From Malacoraja senta (Eukaryota), in NCBI GenBank assembly GCA_038087875.1, contig CM075997.1:1-64000 (forward strand): 64,000 nucleotides of DNA, in the 5' to 3' direction. Positions 56,734-64,000 of this stretch are shown here, in pieces. Every line of letters starts with the position of its first letter. Positions within the stretch are counted from its first letter, which is position 1. The notes under the pieces are model-generated. The model worked only from the letters and a program-made list of their open reading frames with translations, did not search any database and was not told where the DNA came from. The translations under genes were made by a program, and so were the position numbers.

Positions 56734-59110
56734 TATAGAAACATAGAAAATAGGTGCAGGAGTAGGCCATTCGGCCCATCGAGCCTGCACCGCCATTCAA
56801 TATGATCATGGCTGATCATCCAACTCAGTATCCCGCACCTGCCTTCTCTCCATACCCCCTGATCCCTTTAGCCACAAGGGCCACATCTAACTCCCTCTTA
56901 AATATAGCCAATGAACTGGCCTCAACTACCTTCTGTGGCAGAGAATTCCAGAGATTCACCACTCTCTGTGTGAAAAAAGTTTTTCTCATCTCGGTCCTAA
57001 AGGATTTCCCCTCTATCCTTAAGCTGTGACCCCTTGTCCTGGACTTCCCCAACATCAGGAACAATCTTCCTGCATCTAACCTGTCTAACCCCTTGAGAAT
57101 TTTGTAAGTTTCTATAAGATCCCCCCTCAATCTCCTAAATTCTAGTGAGTACAAGCCGAGTCTATCCAGTCTTTCTTCATATGAAAGTCCTGACATCTCA
57201 GGAATCAGTCTGGTGAACCTTCTCTGCACTCCCTCTATGGCAATAATGTCTTTCCTCAGATTTGGAGACCAAAACTGTATGCAATACTCCAGGTGTTGTC
57301 TCACCAAGACCCTGTACAACTGCAGTAGAACCTCCCTGCTCCTATACTCAAATCCTTTTGCTATGAATGCTAACATACCATTCGCTTTCTTCACTGCCTG
57401 CTGCACCTGCATGGCTACTTTCAATGACTGGTGTACCATGACACCCAGGTCTCGTTGCATCTCCCCTTTTCCTAATCGGCCACCATTTAGATAATAGTCT
57501 GCTTTCCTGTTTTTGCCACCAAAGTGGATAACCTCACATTTATCCACATTATACTGCATCAGCCATGCATTTGCCCACTCACCCAGCCTATCCAAGTCAA
57601 CTTGCAGCCTCCTAGCATCCTCCTCACAGCTAACACTGCCCCCCAGCTTAGTGTCATCCGCAAACTTGGAGATGTTGCATTCAATTCCCTCGTCCAAATC
57701 ATTAATATATATTGTAAATAGCTGGGGTCCCAGCACTGAGCCTTGCGGTACCCCACTAGTCACTGCCTGCCATTCTGAAAAGGACCCGTTTACTCCTACT
57801 CTTTGCTTCCTGTTTGCCAGCCAGTTCTCTATCCACATCAATACTGAACCCCCAATACCGTGTGCTTTAAGTTTGTATACTAATCTCTTATGTGGGACCT
57901 TGTCGAAAGCCTTCTGAAAGTCCAGATATAACACATCCACTGGTTCTCCCCTATCCACTCTACTAGTTACATCCTCGAAAAATTCTATAAGATTCGTCAG
58001 ACATGATTTACCTTTCATAAATCCATGCTGACTTTGTCCAATGATTTCACCACTTTTCAAATGTGCTGCTATCCCATCTTTAATAACTGACTCTAGCAGT
58101 TTCCCCACTACCGATGTTAGACTAACTGGTCTGTAATTCCCCGTTTTCTCTCTCCCTCCCTTTTTAAAAAGTGGGGTTACATTAGCTACCCTCCAATCCT
58201 CAGGAACTACTCCAGAATCTAAAGAGTTTTGAAAAATTATCACTAATGCATCCACTATTTCTGGAGCTACTTCCTTAAGTACTCTGGGATGCAGCCTATC
58301 TGGCCCTGGGGATTTATCGGCCTTTAATCCATTCAATTTACCTAACACCACTTCCCGGCTCACCTGGATTTCACTCAGTACCTCCATCTCCTTTGACCCG
58401 CGGTCCCCTGCTATTTCCGGCAGATTATTTATGTCTTCCTTAGTGAAGACGGAACCAAAGTACTTATTCAATTGGTCCGCCATGTCCTTGTTCCCCATGA
58501 TCAATTCACCTGTTTCTGACTGCAAGGGACCTACATTTGTTTTAACTAATCTCTTTCTCTTCACATATCTATAAAAACTTTTGCAGTCAGTTTTAATGTT
58601 CCCTGCCAGTTTTCTTTCATAATCTATTTTCCCTTTCCTAATTAAGCCCTTTGTCCTCCTCTGCTGGTCTCTGAATTTCTCCCATTCCTCTGGTCGGCTG
58701 CTTTTTCTGGCTAATTTGTACGCTTCATCTTTTGCTTTGATGCTATCCCTGATTTCCCTTGTTATCCACGGATGCACTACCTTCCCTGATTTATTCTTTT
58801 GCCAAACTGGGATGAACAATTTTTGTAGTTCATCCATGCAGTCTTTAAATGCCTTCCATTGCATATCCACCGTCAACCCTTTAAGAATTAATCGCCAGTC
58901 AATCTTGGCCAATTCACGTCTCATACCCTCAAAGTTACCTTTCTTTAAGTTCAGAACCATTGTTTCTGAATTAACAATGTCACTCTCCATCCTAATGAAG
59001 AACTCAACCATATTATGGTCACTCTTGCCCAAGGGGCCACGCACAACAAGACTGCTAACTAACCCTTCCTCATTACTCAATACCCAGTCTAGAATAGCCT
59101 GCTCTCTCGT
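56734..59110 (-). mobile_element. Young 5'-truncated CR1 LINE; ORF2 open from 59110 to the stop at 56825
   Basis: Uninterrupted frame TREQAILDWVLSNEE..SDHN..KSPGPD..NYRPVSLTS..QHGF..YLDFQKAFDKVPH..GVPQGSVLGP..SKFADDTKL..; 3' stem-loop and (TTCTATGT)-type tail. Confidence 0.97.
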
Positions 59111-60116
59111 ATGTTCCTGATTGCCCCAGAATCACAGAAACATTATGCTGCCTGACCCGCTGAGTTACTCCAGCACTTTGTGAATATCTTCGGTGTAAAC
59201 CAGCATCTGCAGTTCCTTCCTACATTACCTTTGCAATGCCAGGTGGATGGAGGTAGCTGTAGCTTAGAGCTAAACCTGCAACTGGAGTCGGTGTAAAAGA
59301 CACTGCGGTGATGGAGAAAATATTCAACCTTCCTTTAATAGACCCGTCATTTTTGAAATGATTTATTATATCAATATGACTGCAATTAGTTTCAGAGTTA
59401 CAACCGCCTGTTGTTCATTGCAATGATTTAGGGTATGGTGCTAAGTAAGTTGGTGTAGAGTTTTACCCTGAGGCTCCCAGGAATGGGAACACCTCATTCC
59501 GCTCGGATGATACATTGTGAAGCCGGTTATTTTAGGAGTGGAAACACAACAGGTCAAATGACGTTCATCTCAGTCTTCCCCGAGATGGTTGTGTCAGAAC
59601 CTGTGGTCTTCACCACCCAGGAGATCATTGATTGGGGCTTGTGGTAGACCCAAGGGTCCAGTGTTCAATTCAGTTTAGAGATACAGCATGGGAACAGGCC
59701 CTTCGGCCGGCCGAGTCCATACTGACCATTGATCACTTGTACACATCCGATCGATAACACAGGACAAGTTATCCCACTTTCATGTCCACTCTCTGCATAT
59801 TAGGGGCAATTAATCTACAAAGCCTCACATCTCTGGGATGTGGGAGGTAACCGGTAGTTGGTACAGCTGCTGCCTCACAGCGCCGGAGACCCAGGTTTGA
59901 TCCTGACCTTGGGTGCTGTCTGTATGGAGTTTGCACGCTCTCCCTGTGGCCACGTGGGTTTCCACCGGGTCCTCCCACATCCCAACATTACAGGCTGGCA
60001 GGTCAATTGGCCCTCTGTAAATTGCCCCTGGTGTATATACAGAGAGAGATTAAGGTATAATAGAACTAGATTGAATGCGTAATCGCTGATTGGCATGGAC
60101 TGGGTACTAAATATGG

Positions 60117-60983
60117 ACATCCAGTGGCGCTGTTGATGGCTGCCTCCGCCTGCAGTCTGTTTCTCTTTTTTATTTTTAGTATGTTTAAAGTATGTTTTTT
60201 ATTTTTATTTAGTATTTTATGTGGGTGAGGGGGGTTGGGTAAGGGGAAACCATCCTTAAGTCACTTCCTGGTGAGGATGCGACTATTCTCCGAGTCGCAC
60301 CCTCGCCCCCCTCCTCACTGCCTTCCAACTGGATTGGCGCGGCCTTTCCTGCCGGGGACCCGGACCAGAGCTTCAGCAGCAGCGGCGGCGCAGCGCTGGA
60401 TACATCGCAGAAAGCGGGCGATGCCTCACCTGGGATCGGCGTTTGAAGCTCCGGAGTGTTGGGCCTGCTGCTTCAACATCGCGGAGCTGTGGTTCGCGGA
60501 GCTTCCAGCGCGGGCGGCACTGACTTCAACATCGCGGAGTCCTGGGACCCTTTGCAGGGGCCGCCAGCGTTGAATCTCCGCCCAGCTCGGCCTGTGGACT
60601 TCGGGAGCCGCGGTCTCCGGTGGGAGGTGGCCGATTCAGAGGTCCAGGCCGCTGGGGATGTTCTCCCGTTCGACGTTGGGGTTCCATCATTCCCGGCGAG
60701 AGGGCCTGAACATCGGGCTGCCCGTAGCGGTGACTACGGGGTGCTCGGGAGGCCCCGACCATGGGTGAACATTGGGGAACATCAGCGAGGAGGTTGACTG
60801 GACTTTGGTTCCTTCCCTCACAGTGGGGAACGTTGGTGCTGCTGTGGGGATGTTTGTGTTGTGGACTATTGTGTTGTGTGTTTTTGTTTTTTTATTCGTA
60901 TGATTGTATGGGAAACAGCATTTCGTTGTCTCTTGCTTGCAGGCAATGACAATAAAGTTGAATCAAATCAAAATCAAATCAAA
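60117..60983 (+). mobile_element. GC-rich non-coding retroposed element with AATAAA and (AATCA)n tail, inserted in a SINE tail
   Basis: Interrupts GGCATGGACTGGGT|..|GGGTGGGCTAAAGAGCCTG; ends ATTTCGTTGTCTC..AATGACAATAAA followed by pentamers. Family not identified. Confidence 0.55.
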
Positions 60984-61716
60984 CAGGGTGGGCTAAAGAG
61001 CCTGTCTCCATGCTGTATCACAAATCTAGACTAGAACTGGTCTAAAACTGGACTAAAGGATAGATTCATGCTTGAATGATTGATGGTGTTGGGGAACTGG
61101 CATACTAGAGGAAAGTAGACAAAATTGCTGGAGAAACTCAGCGGGTGCGGCAGCATCTATGGAGCGAAGGCAATAGGCAACGTTTCAGGCCGAAACCCTT
61201 CTTCAGACTCCAGGCAAACTAGAGGAGTTGGAGCCAGCAGAGATCTGCCGTAATCCTAGTGAATGGCAGGCTAGGATTGAAGGGCTGAGTGGCCGACTCC
61301 TGCTCCTGTTTCGTGTACATTGGTAACCTAGTGAGAAAGTGTTGAGGGAGGATGTGGCTGACTGGGGGAGCAGGATCCGTTGTGTCTATGGATGGCATGG
61401 ACTGGGTGGGCCGAAGGGCATCATAAAATACACCATGCTGTATCATGAAACTGGGCTAAAACTGGACTTGAAAACCCGGTGTCTATTTTCCATTATTTGA
61501 TCACATTTTGATTACAACAGCAATTTAATTTTCTCATTAACCAATAAATCTTCCGTATTTCAGAACAAAGAAGCTGTGATAAATGGCCAGATAATTTGTC
61601 TTCTTGACAGCTAGAATATTTTTGGCAAGGATCAGTAAATGCATTGAAGTACGATATTGAATCTCCCATTGATGCCTGTTTCTTCATTCCATCAGTTAAT
61701 GGGCAACATGTTTACC

Positions 61717-62405
61717 TCATGGGCTGGTGGGTGGGGGGACTTTTAAATCTCTTCCCTGTACCGGGGACCTGACCTTTTCTCTGTCGGGTCTCCGTTGTCG
61801 TTGGGGCCTAGCACCGTGGAGTGGCCTCCAACCGGAACGACCTGGGGCTCCAGTCGTGGGAGCTGGCCGGCTTCGGAGCGTGGAGAGCTGTGGTGGCGCA
61901 CGGCTGCGACCCGACTTCGGAGGCTCCGGCCGCAGGCCCGGTGGACGGTGACATTGCGAGCTCGCGGGTCCCTGGTGGGAGACCGCTTTTCGGAGCTCCC
62001 GCAACGGCAACTTCTCCCGCCCAAATTGCGGGGTTGAAAACGACCCGGAACGGGGCCTGACATCGCCCGGCGCGGCTTTAACGGCCGCGGGACTTGCCAT
62101 CGCCCGCCGGGGGCTCCAACATCAAGACCCGGAGCGGGGCCTTACATCGCCCAGCGCGGCCTTAACGGAGTTACCATCGCCCGCCGGGGGCTTTGACATC
62201 AGAAGAATGGAAAACAGGGGAGAGACAATGACTTTGCCTTCCATCACAGTGAGGAGGAGATTCACTGTGATGGTGTTTGTGTGAACTGTGTTGGTTGTGT
62301 GTCTTGGTAATTGCTTCTTTTTCTTGTATGACTGCAGAAACCAAATTTCGTTTGAACTTCATTTGAGGTTCAAATGACAATAAACTAAATTGTAAATTGT
62401 AAATT
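61717..62405 (+). mobile_element. GC-rich non-coding retroposed element with AATAAA and (AAATTGT)n tail
   Basis: Internal tandem CATCGCCC(G/A)GCGCGGC..TTAACGG duplication. The 3' motif TTGCCTTCCAYCAC also occurs at ~14290 (+) and ~55280 (-). Confidence 0.55.
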
Positions 62406-62433
62406 TCTATATCATCTTTCTGTCTGTCCATTC

Positions 62434-62885
62434 ATAGAAACATAGAAAATAGGTGCAGGAGTAGGCCATTCGGCCCTTCAAGCCAGCACCGCCATTCAAT
62501 ATGACCATGGCTGATCATCTAAATTCAGTGCCCTGTTCCTGCTTTCTCCCCATATCCCTAGATTCCGTTAGCCAAGAGCTAAATCTAACTCTCTTTTGAA
62601 AACATCCAGTGAATCGGCCTCCACTGCCTTCTGCGGCAGAGAATTTCACAGATTCACAACTCTCTGGGTGAAAAAGTTTTCCCTCATCTCAGTGCTAAAT
62701 GGCCTACCCCTTATTCTTAAACTGTGTGACCCCTGGTTCTGGACTCCCCCAACATGGGGAACATTTTTCCTGCATCTAGCCTGTCCAATCCCTTAAGAAT
62801 TTTATGTGATTCTATAAGATCTCCTCTCATCCTTCTAAATTCCAGTGAGTACAAGCCCAGTCGACCTATTCTTTCCTCATATGTC
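62434..62885 (-). mobile_element. CR1 LINE 3' fragment
   Basis: LTYEERIGRLGLYSLEFRRMRGDLIE..LKGLDRLDAGKMFPMLGESRTRGH and tail. Confidence 0.88.
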
Positions 62886-62984
62886 AACATTCCCCTCCAC
62901 AGATGCTGCCTGACCCACTGAGTTCTTCCTGCACTTTGTGTTTTGCTCAAGATTTCAGCTTCTGCAGTCCCTTGTGTCTCCTAA

Positions 62985-63195
62985 TTCCTACACACTAGGG
63001 ACAATTTTTTTTTTAAACAAAGCCAATTAACCTACAAATCCACACGTCTTTGGAATGTGAGAGGAAACCAGAGCACCGGAGAAAACCCACTCAGTCACAG
63101 GGAGCACGTACAAAAACACACACACACACCGCCCGTAGTCAGGATGGAACCCGGGTCTCTGGCGCTGTAAGGCAGCAACTCTACCGCTGCGCCAT
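62985..63195 (-). mobile_element. HE1-type V-SINE
   Basis: Reverse-complement head and V-domain. Confidence 0.8.
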
Positions 63196-63859
63196 CTGAT
63201 TACAAACTGTAAATTAAACTAGAGTGAATTATGTTATACGAGTGTATTATGTTCACTTCTGTTGTTTCTGTGTTGTATGTTATGATGTGTGGTCTGTAGA
63301 AGGGTCTCGACCCGAAACATCACCTGTACCTTCTCTCCAGAGATGCTGCCTGACCCGCTGAGTTACTCCAGCATTTTGCGCCTATCTTTGGTTGAAACCA
63401 GTATCTGCAGTTCCTTCCGACACGTGATGTGTGATATGATACGCAGTGATATTCACTTGTTGCAACCTGTCACACTGTTGATTCTTGCATGGAACATTGG
63501 GTGACTTTTTCCAACCTGTATTACATGAACCTGATACTTTGCTCCACAATATGTCAATCCAAATGAACATTAAAACATAATTAAATCTTCTCCAATGAGT
63601 TTCATAAAATGTGCTGTCTGTTAGGACATGTTTTGTAACAAAGTTAATTCCAACTTCAAGTATAATTGACCTTTAAAAGTATTACAATAAATTGTCATAT
63701 CACTATTCAATACAATGATTCAACTTCACCTGGAATATTTTCATAACATTACATGAACCCAGAACTTGATATTATGGAACACAATGCTATACTGGAGCAG
63801 ATAAAGTCCACAATAGTAATGATCTGCTGTGTATTAAACAATCCTACAATATGTGGAAC

Positions 63860-64000
63860 AGCAGCAAACAGCAGGAAAAGACTACAAAAAGTAGTAAACA
63901 CTGCCCAGTCCATCATCGGCTCTGACCTCCCTTCCATCGAGGGGATTTATCGCAGTCGCTGCCTCAAAAAGGCTGGCAGTATCATCAAGGACCCACACCA
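63860..64000 (+). mobile_element. Rex1/Babar-type LINE fragment running off the window
   Basis: RKRLQKVVNTAQSIIGSDLPSIEGIYRSRCLKKAGSIIKDPH. Confidence 0.85.

Overview
Eukaryotic, repeat-dense vertebrate DNA. The repeat families (HE1-type V-SINEs, CR1/HER1, Rex1, RTE, L1/Tx1, Penelope) point to an elasmobranch, probably a skate (inference). Host genes: (1) the last two exons of a protein kinase D gene on + (971-1627; probably PRKD2); (2) the whole three-exon SNRPD2 (Sm-D2) gene on - (54530-46178), with a CpG-island promoter built from a triplicated ETS+ZNF143/THAP11 module and an apparent 1-nt frameshift in exon 2 (likely an assembly error); (3) an unidentified GC-rich two-exon, Arg/Ser-rich coding candidate on - (16966-17626). 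The rest is mostly transposon-derived. It includes a structurally complete but coding-dead DIRS1-type tyrosine-recombinase retrotransposon (9469-14218) with ITRs, ICR and an ATT crossover core, a young 5'-truncated CR1 with an uninterrupted ~760-codon ORF2, and Harbinger-like MITEs, one with a fold-back core and captured DNA. There are also many palindromic Penelope-derived inserts with hammerhead-ribozyme-like cores and long target-site duplications, a scrambled RTE/Tx1/Rex1 mosaic, and a 52-bp minisatellite. I found no rRNA, true tRNA gene or CRISPR array. Most ORFs in the supplied track are spurious readings of repeats. Family names come from recalled motifs, not database searches.
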